A stretch of DNA of 64,000 nucleotides, taken from positions 2,302 to 66,301 of the forward strand of contig DASXWQ010000019.1 of assembly GCA_036503555.1 (NCBI GenBank), written 5' to 3'. Below the pieces are notes generated by a model. The model was not told where the DNA came from, did no database searches, and was given only the letters and a program-made list of their open reading frames with translations. A program made the position numbers and the translations under genes. This DNA is from Actinocatenispora sp. (lineage in GTDB: Bacteria > Actinomycetota > Actinomycetes > Mycobacteriales > Micromonosporaceae). Positions 39,714 through 49,230 of this stretch are shown one piece after another. How positions within the stretch are numbered: the first letter of the stretch is position 1; the number at the start of each line of letters is the position of its first letter.

Positions 39714-41126
39714 GTGCAGGAAGACGCGCAGCCCGCGGCGGCCGGCGGCACCGGCCGCCAGATCAACCGGGCCACCCTCTACTTCTTCGGTGCCCTCGGC
39801 GGCATCCTGTTCGGGTACGACCTCGGCGTCATCTCCGGCGTCCTGCTGTTCATCAAGAAGAGCTGGCAGCTCGGCTCGGTCGCGCAGGGCATGGTCGGCG
39901 GCTGCCTGGCCGTCGGCGCCGTCATCGGCGCGATCTTCGCCGGCCGGCTGACCGACCGGCTCGGCCGGCGCCGCACGATCATGCTGGCCGCCGTGGTCTT
40001 CCTGATCGCCACGCTCGGCTGCACGTTCTCACCGAACCTGACCGTGCTGGTGATCTCCCGGTTCGCCGTCGGCCTCGCGATCGGCGCGTCCTCGGCGACC
40101 GTCCCGACGTACCTGTCGGAGCTGGCGCCGACCGCCGCCCGCGGCGCCCTGTCCACACTCAACCAGCTCATGATCGTCACCGGCATCCTCGCCGCGTACA
40201 TCGTCGACTGGGCGCTGACCGACAGCGGCAACTGGCGCGCGATGTTCGCCGCCGCCGTCGTACCGGCGCTGGTGCTGCTCGGCGGGATGACCGTGATGCC
40301 GGAGACGCCGCGCTGGCTGCTCAAGGCGGGCCGGGAGGCCGACGCGCGCATCGTGCTCGCCCGGACCAGGCCGGCGGAGGCGATCGACGGCGAGATCGCC
40401 GAGATCCGCGAGGTGCTGCGGATCGACGGTGAGCAGCGTGGCCGGCTCCGCGACCTCGCCACGCCGTGGATTCGGCCGGCGCTGATCGTCGCGCTGATCC
40501 TGGCGATCGGCCAGCAGTTCTCCGGCGTCAACGCCATCAACCTGTACGCGCCGACCATGTTCACCAACCTCGGGTTCGGCGACTCGACCGCGCTGCTCGC
40601 CGCCGTCGTACTCGGCACCGTGAAGGTCGCGTTCACCGCGGCCGTGATCGTGATCGTGGACCGGTGGGGCCGCAAGCCGCTGCTGATGACGGGCAACGTG
40701 CTGATGGCCGCGACGCTGTTCCTGCTCGGCCTCGCCGTGCTGGTGCTGTCCGACCACACCGCCGTCGGTATCAGCGCGCTGGTGCTGCTGATCGTCTACC
40801 TCGCCGGGTACGAGCTGGGCTGGGGCGCGGTGGTCTGGGTGATGATGGCCGAGGTGTTCCCGCTGAAGGTCCGCGGGATCGGGATGGGCACCGGCAGCGT
40901 CGTGCTGTGGGCGGCCACGTTCGCGATCACGTTCGTCTTCCCGATCATGAACGACGGGATCGGGCTGGCGTACTCGGCGTGGATCTTCGCCGCGATCAGC
41001 GTGATCCTCTTCTTCCTGGTGCGCCGGCTGGTGCCGGAGACCAAGGGGCGCAGCCTGGAGCAGATCGAGCTGGACCTGCGCGGGCGAACCGGCGCCGCGA
41101 CACCCGTCGCCGAACCCCACCGCTGA
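39714..41126 (+). CDS. Sugar porter family MFS transporter
   Basis: LFGYDLGVISG, DRLGRR, YLSELAP, PETPRWL, QQFSGVN, PETKGRSLE. Confidence 0.95.
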   Translation: MQEDAQPAAAGGTGRQINRATLYFFGALGGILFGYDLGVISGVLLFIKKSWQLGSVAQGMVGGCLAVGAVIGAIFAGRLTDRLGRRRTIMLAAVVFLIATLGCTFSPNLTVLVISRFAVGLAIGASSATVPTYLSELAPTAARGALSTLNQLMIVTGILAAYIVDWALTDSGNWRAMFAAAVVPALVLLGGMTVMPETPRWLLKAGREADARIVLARTRPAEAIDGEIAEIREVLRIDGEQRGRLRDLATPWIRPALIVALILAIGQQFSGVNAINLYAPTMFTNLGFGDSTALLAAVVLGTVKVAFTAAVIVIVDRWGRKPLLMTGNVLMAATLFLLGLAVLVLSDHTAVGISALVLLIVYLAGYELGWGAVVWVMMAEVFPLKVRGIGMGTGSVVLWAATFAITFVFPIMNDGIGLAYSAWIFAAISVILFFLVRRLVPETKGRSLEQIELDLRGRTGAATPVAEPHR

Positions 41127-41140
41127 GCAACACCGACCAC

Positions 41141-41171
41141 CGGCCCGCGGGCGTCCGTCGCCCGCGGGCCG
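41141..41171 (+). terminator. Hairpin after the sugar porter
   Basis: Perfect 13-bp stem CGGCCCGCGGGCG/CGCCCGCGGGCCG. Confidence 0.65.
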
Positions 41172-41279
41172 TGCCGTCTGCCCGCCGTACCTGCCGCCCG
41201 GGGCGTACGTTTTGCGTACGGAGGGTGACGCCCGCACGAGTCGGGCCGTACGGACGGTCCAGAACGGTAGGTAGCACGC

Positions 41280-44200
41280 ATGCGGCCACGGTCGGCCCTG
41301 ACCTGGCGAATCTCCGCCGGGTACACGGCCTGGATCACCGTGCTCGCGGTCGGCTACTTCTTCCGGCCGGAGGCGCACCTGGTCACCTGGGCGCTGATCG
41401 GGCTGACCTGCGTCGGGGCGATCGCCGTCGGCATCGTGCTGCACCGCCCGGCGTACGCGTGGCCGTGGGTGCTGATCGGCGCCGCGAACCTCGCCTACAC
41501 CGCCGGGGACACCACGTACAACGTGATGACCACGATCCTCGGCGCACACAACCCGTTCCCGTCCGTCGCCGACGTCCAGTACCTGGCGACCTATCCCCTG
41601 TTCGCGGCCGGCCTCATCGGTTTCATCCGGTACCGCACCGGCCGCGACCGGGGTGGTCTGCTCGACGCGCTCATCGTCACCACCGGCATCGCCCTGCTCT
41701 ACTGGATCTTCCTGATCGAGCCGCAGACCGGCATCCACGACGGGCTCACCAAGATCACGTCCATCGCGTACCCGCTGGGCGACGTGCTGATGCTCGCCAT
41801 GCTGGCGCGGCTGGTGTTCAGCCCCGACGGGGTACGCAACGCCTCGGTCCGGCTGCTCGCGCTCGGCACCGTCGGCATCCTCACCTCCGACGTGCTGTAC
41901 GGGCTGATCCAGCTGCACGGCGACTGGTACGTGGGTACCCCGGTGGACGTCGGCTGGCTGATCTTCTACTGGGCGTGGGGGCTGGCGGCGCTGCACCCGG
42001 CGATGGTCGGGCTGACCGAACCGTTGCGGCGCAGCCGCCGCTCCCCGCTGCCGGTGTCGCGGGTCGTACTGATCGGCGCGGCGTCGCTGATCCCGCCGGC
42101 CGTGCTGATCGCCGAGTCGTGGCGCGGCAACACTCCCGACGCGACCGTCATCGGCGTGTTCTCGGTCGTGCTGTTCGGGCTGGTGATCGCCAGGCTCGCC
42201 GGGGTCGTCACGACGCACCGACACGCCGTCGACCGGGAACGCGCGCTGCGCCAGTCGGCCGCCGCGCTCGTCTCCGCCGTCAACTCCGACCAGATCGTCG
42301 CCGAGCTGCGCGACGCGGCCGGCGCGCTGCTGCCGGCGGGCAGCCCGCGCCGCGCGCTGCTCGCGCTGCGGCACGGTGACCTCGTCGCCGAGGTCACCGA
42401 GGGCAGCGGGCCGGCCTGGTCGATGGACGTCGCCGGCCCCGCCCGGGAGGTACTGCTGGGGGAACAGCCCGGCCGGGTGATGCCCGTCGAGGACCTGGGC
42501 CTGCCGCTCGCGTCCCGGTTCACCGGTTTCACCAACGTCCTGGTGTACCCGCTCGCGACGCAGCGGACCGTCGGCGACCCGCCCGCCGGACTGCTGCTGG
42601 TCGGCGCGGGCAAGGACGCGCTCATCGGCGCGTGGGACGCGCTCGTGACGCTCGCCGCCCAGGTCGCGCTCGCCGTCGAGCGGGTGGCGCTCGCCGAGGA
42701 GGTCGACCGGCGCAACAGCGAGGCGTACTTCCGGACGCTGGTGCACAACGCGTTCGACGTGATCCTGATCGTCGACGACCACGACACCGTCCGGTACGCC
42801 AGCCCGTCCGCGGCCAGTATGTTCGACCACCGGCCGGTGCTCGGTACCTCGTTCCCGGAGCTGGTGCTGCCCGAGGACCGCGACCGGGTACGCACGTCGC
42901 TCGACGAGATGCGCGGGCAGGACGGCGACGGGCACGACGAGTGGCGGTTGCGCTCGCGGGACGAGTCCGCCGCGCACGTCGAGGTCCGGTACTCCGACCT
43001 GCGGCGCGACCCGACCGTGCACGGCCTGGTCCTCACCCTGCGGGACGTCACCGCGCAGCGCGAGCTGGAGAAGGAGCTGTCGCACCGGGCGTTCCACGAC
43101 GCGCTGACGGGACTGCCGAACCGGCTGCTGTTCACCGACCGGGTGGAGCACGCGCTGGCGCGGGCCCGGCGTACCGGGCGGCTGGTGGCGGTGCTGCTGA
43201 TCGACCTGGACGACTTCAAGATGGTCAACGACACGATGGGGCACCCGGTCGGCGACGAGCTGCTGATCACGGTCGCGGCCCGGCTGACCGGCTCGGTACG
43301 CGAGTCGGACACGCCGGCGCGGCTGGGTGGCGACGAGTTCGCGCTGCTCGCCGAGGACGTGGCCACGATGGCCGACGTGGAACGGCTGGCCGAGGAGCTG
43401 ACCCGGACGCTGGGGATGCCGTTCCGGCTGGGCGCCGGCGTCACCCGGACCTCGGCCAGCATCGGCGTCGCCACGTCCGCCGAGTCGGAGACCGGCGACG
43501 ACCTGCTCCGGCACGCCGACCTCGCGCTGTACGCGGCGAAGGCGGCGGGCCGCCGCCAGTGGTGCCGCTTCCAGCCGCACCTGCACACCGGCATGATGGA
43601 GCGCCGCGCGCTGCAGCTGTCCCTGGAGGAGGCGGTGCAGGGCGCCGAGTTCCGGCTGCGGTACCAGCCGATCGTGGAGCTGTCGACCGGGCGGATCGTC
43701 GGGTTCGAGGCGCTGGCACGGTGGCCGACGAGCCGGCACGGCGTCCTGCTGCCGGACCGGTTCATCGCGCTGGCCGAGGAGACCGGGCACATCGTGCAGC
43801 TCGGCGCGTGGGTACTCGACCAGGCGACGCGCGACGTGGCCGGCTGGCGGGCCGCCGACCGGACCGGCTCCGGGCTGCGGGTCAGCGTCAACATGTCGGC
43901 CCGGCAGTTGCGCGAACCGGGCGTCGTCGACCTGGTACGCGACACGCTCGCGTCGGCCGACCTGCCGGCGGACGCGCTGCTGCTGGAGCTGACCGAGAGC
44001 ATCCTGATGGGCCGCGACGACACGATCGAGGCGGACCTGCGCGCGCTGAAGCAGCTCGGCGTCGGGCTGGCCATCGACGACTTCGGCACCGGCTACTCGT
44101 CGCTGAGCTACCTGCGCCAGCTGCCGATCGACATGATCAAGATCGACAAGTCGTTCGTCGGTGACATCGCGCGTTCGTCGGCGGACCTGCGGCTGACCGA

Positions 44201-44378
44201 CGGGATCGTACGGATCGCCGCGACGCTGGGCCTGTCCGCGGTGGCCGAGGGCATCGAGACGGCCGAGCAGCGTGACCTGCTCGCCGGCATCGGCTGCCGG
44301 TACGGCCAGGGCTACCTGTTCTCCCGTCCGCTGCCGCCGGAGGAGATACCGGAGCTGCTGCGTACCACGAACGGGTAG
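41280..44378 (+). CDS. Membrane-anchored GAF-like/PAS-GGDEF-EAL diguanylate cyclase/phosphodiesterase
   Basis: Multi-TM N-terminus; HDALTGLPNR, DLDDFKMVND, RLGGDEF, GFEALARW, DDFGTGYSS, VAEGIE, GQGYLF. Confidence 0.95.
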   Translation: MRPRSALTWRISAGYTAWITVLAVGYFFRPEAHLVTWALIGLTCVGAIAVGIVLHRPAYAWPWVLIGAANLAYTAGDTTYNVMTTILGAHNPFPSVADVQYLATYPLFAAGLIGFIRYRTGRDRGGLLDALIVTTGIALLYWIFLIEPQTGIHDGLTKITSIAYPLGDVLMLAMLARLVFSPDGVRNASVRLLALGTVGILTSDVLYGLIQLHGDWYVGTPVDVGWLIFYWAWGLAALHPAMVGLTEPLRRSRRSPLPVSRVVLIGAASLIPPAVLIAESWRGNTPDATVIGVFSVVLFGLVIARLAGVVTTHRHAVDRERALRQSAAALVSAVNSDQIVAELRDAAGALLPAGSPRRALLALRHGDLVAEVTEGSGPAWSMDVAGPAREVLLGEQPGRVMPVEDLGLPLASRFTGFTNVLVYPLATQRTVGDPPAGLLLVGAGKDALIGAWDALVTLAAQVALAVERVALAEEVDRRNSEAYFRTLVHNAFDVILIVDDHDTVRYASPSAASMFDHRPVLGTSFPELVLPEDRDRVRTSLDEMRGQDGDGHDEWRLRSRDESAAHVEVRYSDLRRDPTVHGLVLTLRDVTAQRELEKELSHRAFHDALTGLPNRLLFTDRVEHALARARRTGRLVAVLLIDLDDFKMVNDTMGHPVGDELLITVAARLTGSVRESDTPARLGGDEFALLAEDVATMADVERLAEELTRTLGMPFRLGAGVTRTSASIGVATSAESETGDDLLRHADLALYAAKAAGRRQWCRFQPHLHTGMMERRALQLSLEEAVQGAEFRLRYQPIVELSTGRIVGFEALARWPTSRHGVLLPDRFIALAEETGHIVQLGAWVLDQATRDVAGWRAADRTGSGLRVSVNMSARQLREPGVVDLVRDTLASADLPADALLLELTESILMGRDDTIEADLRALKQLGVGLAIDDFGTGYSSLSYLRQLPIDMIKIDKSFVGDIARSSADLRLTDGIVRIAATLGLSAVAEGIETAEQRDLLAGIGCRYGQGYLFSRPLPPEEIPELLRTTNG

Positions 44379-44463
44379 TAGCCCTGGCGTCACGGACCGG
44401 CCATCATGACGGGTCCGGGGGTTCCGCGGGGACGCGCGGGCCGACGACACGAGGACGGTGACG

Positions 44464-45678
44464 ATGACCGGGACGTCCACGGCACGCTGGGCCGAGCTGT
44501 CCGAGCTGGTTCGGCGGCACCCGATGAGCGACGCGGTCATCGACGAGGTGCGCGGCCGACACATCCGCGTCGGCGACCACTGGCTCGTCGACTTCGCCTC
44601 CTGCAACTACCTCGGCTTCGACCTCGACGAGGAGATCCGCGCCGCCATCGACCCGCTCGTACGCGACTGGGGCACCCACCCGAGCTGGTCGCGCCTGCTC
44701 GGCAGCCCCCGGCCGTACGTGGAGATCGAGGAACGGCTGACCGAGCTGCTGCGCGCCCCCGACACGCTCGTGCTGCCGACCATCACGCTCATCCACGCCG
44801 CGGTCATCCCGGTCCTCGCCGACTCGGGCACCGTGTACGTCGAGGCGCGGGCGCACCGCTCGATCTACGACGGGGCGCTCACCGCCACCGCGTACGGGGC
44901 GCGGCTGCGCCGGTTCCACGCCGAGCGGCCGGACGAGCTGGCGGCGATGCTGCGCGAGCCGGCCGACGGGCCGTCGGTGGTGTGTCTGGACGGCGTGAAC
45001 TCGATGACCGGCAACGTGCCCGACCTGCCGCTGCTGGCCGGTGTCTGCCGGGCCGCCGGCGCCTGGCTGTACGTCGACGACGCGCACGGCTTCGGCCTGG
45101 TCGGCGAGCGCGACCCGGCCGAGACGTCGGCATACGGGATGCTCGGCAACAGCGTGGTGCGGCACCTCGGCGAGAGCTACGACGGGGTGATTCTCGTCGC
45201 CGGGTTCTCCAAGGCGTACTCGTCGCTGGCGGCGTTCCTGGCGCTGCCGAGCGAGCTGAAGGAACACCTGAAAGTCGCCGCCGCGCCCTACCTCTACTCC
45301 GGGCCGTCGCCGACGGCGTCGCTGGCCACGGTGCTCGCCGGGCTGGACGTCAACGCGCGACGAGGCGAGGCGATCCGCGCCGGCCTGGCGCACAAGACCG
45401 CCCGGGTGCTCGACCACGTCCGCGCGCTCGGCCTCACCACCCCCAACACCAGCGGGCTGCCGATCGTCGAGCTGCCGCTGGCCGAACGCGGCGACGTCGC
45501 CGAGATCGGCCGGTTCCTGTGGGACCGCGGCATCTACGTGACGCTCGCGCCGTACCCGCTGGTGCCGCGCGCCGAGGCCGGCGTACGCATCCAGGTGACG
45601 GCCGCCAACACCGACGCCGACATCGACCGGCTCACCGCCACGCTCACCGCGCTCGCCGACGCGTACCCGGCGCGATGA
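44464..45678 (+). CDS. PLP-dependent alpha-oxoamine synthase (AONS/BioF/CqsA fold)
   Basis: DFASCNYLGF, HRSIYDG, DGVNSMTG, DDAHGFG, FSKAY (PLP lysine). Start is 44458 or 44464. Confidence 0.9.
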   Translation: MTGTSTARWAELSELVRRHPMSDAVIDEVRGRHIRVGDHWLVDFASCNYLGFDLDEEIRAAIDPLVRDWGTHPSWSRLLGSPRPYVEIEERLTELLRAPDTLVLPTITLIHAAVIPVLADSGTVYVEARAHRSIYDGALTATAYGARLRRFHAERPDELAAMLREPADGPSVVCLDGVNSMTGNVPDLPLLAGVCRAAGAWLYVDDAHGFGLVGERDPAETSAYGMLGNSVVRHLGESYDGVILVAGFSKAYSSLAAFLALPSELKEHLKVAAAPYLYSGPSPTASLATVLAGLDVNARRGEAIRAGLAHKTARVLDHVRALGLTTPNTSGLPIVELPLAERGDVAEIGRFLWDRGIYVTLAPYPLVPRAEAGVRIQVTAANTDADIDRLTATLTALADAYPAR

Positions 45679-46397
45679 CCCGCAACGCCGACGCCGACTG
45701 GGACCGCTGGCCGGTCGGCGACTACCTCGCGGAGAACTACCGGGTGGTGCACCCGAGCGACGCGGCCGTGATCGCCGCGCACTCCGCCTACTACCGGCGG
45801 ATCCCGGCCGGCTCGCTCACCCGCAGCGTCGAGCTGGGCGCCGGGCCGAACCTGTACCCGCTGCTGCTCGCCGCCGCCGCCAGCCGGCGCATCGACGCGG
45901 TCGAGCCGAGCGCGGCGAACGTCGCGTACCTGACCGGGCAGCTCACCGACGGACCGGACGCGAGCTGGTCCGCCTTCCACGCCGAGTGCCGCCGGCACAA
46001 CCCGGACCTGCCGGACCTGCCTGACGCGCTCGCGAAGGTCCGCCTGCGCCGGGCCGACCTGGCGAGCGCCCGCGGCGCCGGGTACGACCTGGCGTCGATG
46101 CACTTCGTCGCGGAGAGCGTCACCACCGACGAGGCCGAGTTCGCCGAGCTGTGCGCCGCGTTCGTCGCCGCGGTACGCCCCGGCGGGCACCTGGTCGCCG
46201 CGTTCATGGCCGGCATGCCGACCTACTCGCTCGGCGACGGGTCGACCTGGCCCGGCCTGCCCGTCGACGCCGACACCCTCGCCGCGGTCTTCGCCCCCCT
46301 CACCCGGGAGTACGCGGTGACAGTGGTGCCGCGGGACGAGACGCTGCCGGCGTACGGCGACGACGGGATGCTGGTGCTGCACGCCCGCGCCCGCTGA
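45675..46397 (+). CDS. NNMT/PNMT/TEMT-like (SCO2525-type) SAM-dependent methyltransferase
   Basis: NADADWD, YLAENY, ELGAGPNLYP, MHFVAES, GYGDDG-like tail (AYGDDGML); ATGA overlap with the upstream gene. Confidence 0.85.
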   Translation: MTRNADADWDRWPVGDYLAENYRVVHPSDAAVIAAHSAYYRRIPAGSLTRSVELGAGPNLYPLLLAAAASRRIDAVEPSAANVAYLTGQLTDGPDASWSAFHAECRRHNPDLPDLPDALAKVRLRRADLASARGAGYDLASMHFVAESVTTDEAEFAELCAAFVAAVRPGGHLVAAFMAGMPTYSLGDGSTWPGLPVDADTLAAVFAPLTREYAVTVVPRDETLPAYGDDGMLVLHARAR

Positions 46398-46400
46398 CCG

Positions 46401-47792
46401 CTAGCGCGGGTCGATCGGCGTGGGCACCGGCGCTGCGGCCTCGATCACGGCGGCGGCGGACAGGCAGAGCCGTTCGCCGAAGCGCGGCCCGACGACCTGG
46501 ACGCCCTGCGGCAGGTCGTCCACCAGGCCCACCGGCACCGCGACCGCCGGCAGGCCCAGCAGGTTGACCGCGACGGTGGCACGCAGGTTGGCGATGATCG
46601 TCGCCGCGGCGTCCGGTCCCGCCACGTCCGCGCCCGCCCGGAACGGCCGACCCGCGTACACCGGGGCGAGCGTCAACGGCACGTGCCGCTGGTGTTCCGC
46701 CCAGTCCCGGGCGAGGCGGTGCCGGGTCGTGAACAGCCCGGCGTACGCGTCCAGGTCGAGCGGCGGGATCAGCTCGAACACCAGCTCCATGAACCGCCGG
46801 GCGTCCTTCGCGGCCAGCTGCTCCACCGCCGGCCACGTACGCCGGGCGTCCGTCGCCATCAGCTCGCCCCACGCCCGCGCCGCCGCCGTGAGCCCCGGCG
46901 GCGCCTGCTCCACCACCTCGTACCCGTCGGCGGCGAGCGCGACCGCCGCCCGGTCGAGCGCCGCCGAGACCGCCGGGTCGTACGCGACGCCGGGCATCTC
47001 GCGGACCACCCCGACCCGGCGCGGCAGCTCCGGCGCGTGGTCGACGGGCACCGGCACGTACCACGGGTCGCGCGGGTCGGGCGCGGCCATCGCGGCGTAC
47101 GCCGGCCACAGGTCCTCGACCCGCCGCGCCATCGGCCCCTGCACCTCGATGAGTTGCAGGCTCATCGGCGGATCCGGTGTGACGTGCGGGATCCGGCCGA
47201 GGGTCGGGCGCAGCGCGGTGGTACCGGCGAAGGTCGACGGCAGGCGCAGCGAGCCACCGAGGTCGTTGCCGACCCCCAGCACGCTCATCCCCGTCGCCAG
47301 GCTGACGGCCTCCCCGCCGCTCGACCCGCCGGGGGTCAGGCCCGCGTCCCACGGGTTGACGGTGGCGCCGGCGAGGCCGCTGTCGGTGTGCCAGCGCAAC
47401 GCGAAGTCCGGCATGACCGTACGGGCGACGGGGATCGCGCCGGCCCGCCGCAGGTTCGCCACGACGGGCGCGTCGGTGTCGGCGAGGGCGCCGACCAGCG
47501 CCGCGGCACCGCAGGTGGTCGCCCCGCCCGCCACGTCGACGTTGTCCTTCACCGTCACCGGTACGCCGTCGAGCGGCCCGGCCGGCCGCCCCGCCGCAAG
47601 CCGGCGGTCCGCGGCCCGCGCGGCGCGCAGCGCGTCGTCGGCGAGGACCGCGCGGACCGCGTTGACCCGCGGGTTCACCTCGGCGATCCGCGCCAGTACC
47701 GCCGTGACCAGCTCGGTGCTGGTGATCTCGCGGTCACGCAGCCGCCGGGCTGCCTCGGCCGCGCCGTACGTGAGGATCTCGGGGACGGTCAT
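46401..47792 (-). CDS. Amidase signature family hydrolase
   Basis: GVPVTVKDN, PGGSSGGEA, GNDLGGSLRLP. Confidence 0.93.
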   Translation of the reverse strand: MTVPEILTYGAAEAARRLRDREITSTELVTAVLARIAEVNPRVNAVRAVLADDALRAARAADRRLAAGRPAGPLDGVPVTVKDNVDVAGGATTCGAAALVGALADTDAPVVANLRRAGAIPVARTVMPDFALRWHTDSGLAGATVNPWDAGLTPGGSSGGEAVSLATGMSVLGVGNDLGGSLRLPSTFAGTTALRPTLGRIPHVTPDPPMSLQLIEVQGPMARRVEDLWPAYAAMAAPDPRDPWYVPVPVDHAPELPRRVGVVREMPGVAYDPAVSAALDRAAVALAADGYEVVEQAPPGLTAAARAWGELMATDARRTWPAVEQLAAKDARRFMELVFELIPPLDLDAYAGLFTTRHRLARDWAEHQRHVPLTLAPVYAGRPFRAGADVAGPDAAATIIANLRATVAVNLLGLPAVAVPVGLVDDLPQGVQVVGPRFGERLCLSAAAVIEAAAPVPTPIDPR

Positions 47793-49159
47793 CGGAGTGC
47801 TCCTTCGTGGGCTCGAATTCGGGTACCCGGGGACGAGGTGCGGCGGCCGGCGAGCGCGGTGGCCGCGGTGACGAGGGCGGTGGCGATCACGACCGCCCAG
47901 GCGTACGCGAAGGCGCCGGGGTGCGCGCCGAGCACGGCGACGAGCAGCGCCACGCCGACCGCCGAGCCGAGCTGCCGCGCCGTGGTCAGCACCGCCGAAC
48001 CGACGGCCAGCTCATCCGGCGGCACCGCGTCGGCGCCGGCGAACAGGGCCGGCTGGAGGAACCCGTTCGCGAGGCCCCACAGCACCATGGCCGGCAGCAC
48101 CGCCGTGGCGTACCCGGGGTGCGCGGTCAGGCCGACCAGGCCGGCCGCGGCGAACAGCGCCGCGCCCACGACCGTCGCCGTACGCCGGCCGAGCCGCGGC
48201 AGCAGCCGGCCCGTCACCGGCGAGACCAGCCCGGCGACGAGCGGCCCGGGCGCGATGCCGGCGGCGGCCTGCAACGCCGTGAGGTGCCCCGGGCCGGTCA
48301 GCAGCAGGGTGGTGCCGAGCAGCAGCGTCGCGAAGCCCAGGTAGTACGCGGCGATGCCGAGCGCGGCGGCGGTGAACGGCCGGGCCGCGAACAGCCGCGG
48401 CGGGACGAGCGGCGCGGGATGCCGGCGGACGTGGACGACGAACGCCGCGCCCAGCGCCAGGCCCGCGACGGCGAGCGGCCACACCAGCGCCGCCGGCCAC
48501 GCCGCGGCCTCGGTCAGCGCGGTGCACGTCAGGCCCGCCGCGCCAACCGCCAGCAGTACGCCGCGACCGTCGAACCGCCCGGGGCGCACCGTGTCGGTAC
48601 GCGGCAGCAGTGCCGCGCCCGCCACCAGCGCGGCGGCCACCAGCGGCACGTTGAGCAGGAAGATCCAGCGCCACGAGGACGCGACGAGCAGGCCGCCGAG
48701 GACCGGCCCGCCACCGGCGGCGACCGCACCGACCGCAGCCCAGGCGCCCACCGCGGCGCCGCGCTGCCGGGCCGGGAACACCGCAAGCGCCAGCCCGAGC
48801 GACGTGGGCATGAGGACCGCCGCGCCGGCGGCCTGCGCGATCCGGCACGCGACGAGGACCGGGAGGGTCGGCGCCAGCGCGCAGCCCAGCGAGGCGACGC
48901 CGAACGCGGCGAGGCCGGCGAGGAACGCCCGCCGCCGGCCGTACCGGTCGGCGAACTGGCCGGCCGGCACCAGCGCCGCCGCGACCACGATCGTGTACCC
49001 GTTGAGGATCCAGGACACCTGCGGCAGCGGGGCCGGCGCGAAGTCCCGGCCGAGGACGGGCAGTGCGATCGTGACGACCCACAGGTCGAGGATCGCCAGG
49101 AACTGCGCGGCGGAGACGACGGCCAGGACGGCCCAGCGGCGGCGGACGGGATCGGTCAC
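47789..49159 (-). CDS. MFS transporter (DHA2-like)
   Basis: FLAILD, WILNGY, ADRYGRRR, GPVLGG, WRWIFLLNVP; stop overlaps the amidase ATG. Confidence 0.9.
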   Translation of the reverse strand: MTDPVRRRWAVLAVVSAAQFLAILDLWVVTIALPVLGRDFAPAPLPQVSWILNGYTIVVAAALVPAGQFADRYGRRRAFLAGLAAFGVASLGCALAPTLPVLVACRIAQAAGAAVLMPTSLGLALAVFPARQRGAAVGAWAAVGAVAAGGGPVLGGLLVASSWRWIFLLNVPLVAAALVAGAALLPRTDTVRPGRFDGRGVLLAVGAAGLTCTALTEAAAWPAALVWPLAVAGLALGAAFVVHVRRHPAPLVPPRLFAARPFTAAALGIAAYYLGFATLLLGTTLLLTGPGHLTALQAAAGIAPGPLVAGLVSPVTGRLLPRLGRRTATVVGAALFAAAGLVGLTAHPGYATAVLPAMVLWGLANGFLQPALFAGADAVPPDELAVGSAVLTTARQLGSAVGVALLVAVLGAHPGAFAYAWAVVIATALVTAATALAGRRTSSPGTRIRAHEGALR

Positions 49160-49230
49160 GCCCACCACGATCCCGGCGACGCACCGCCGGCACGAGTGGC
49201 AAGAATGCCATTCTGAGCTAAGATCTCGCC

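Noticed and set aside
44464-45678. Calling this gene bioF
   Set aside because: No biotin genes nearby, and the context is a GGDEF/EAL gene plus a methyltransferase; symbol withheld.
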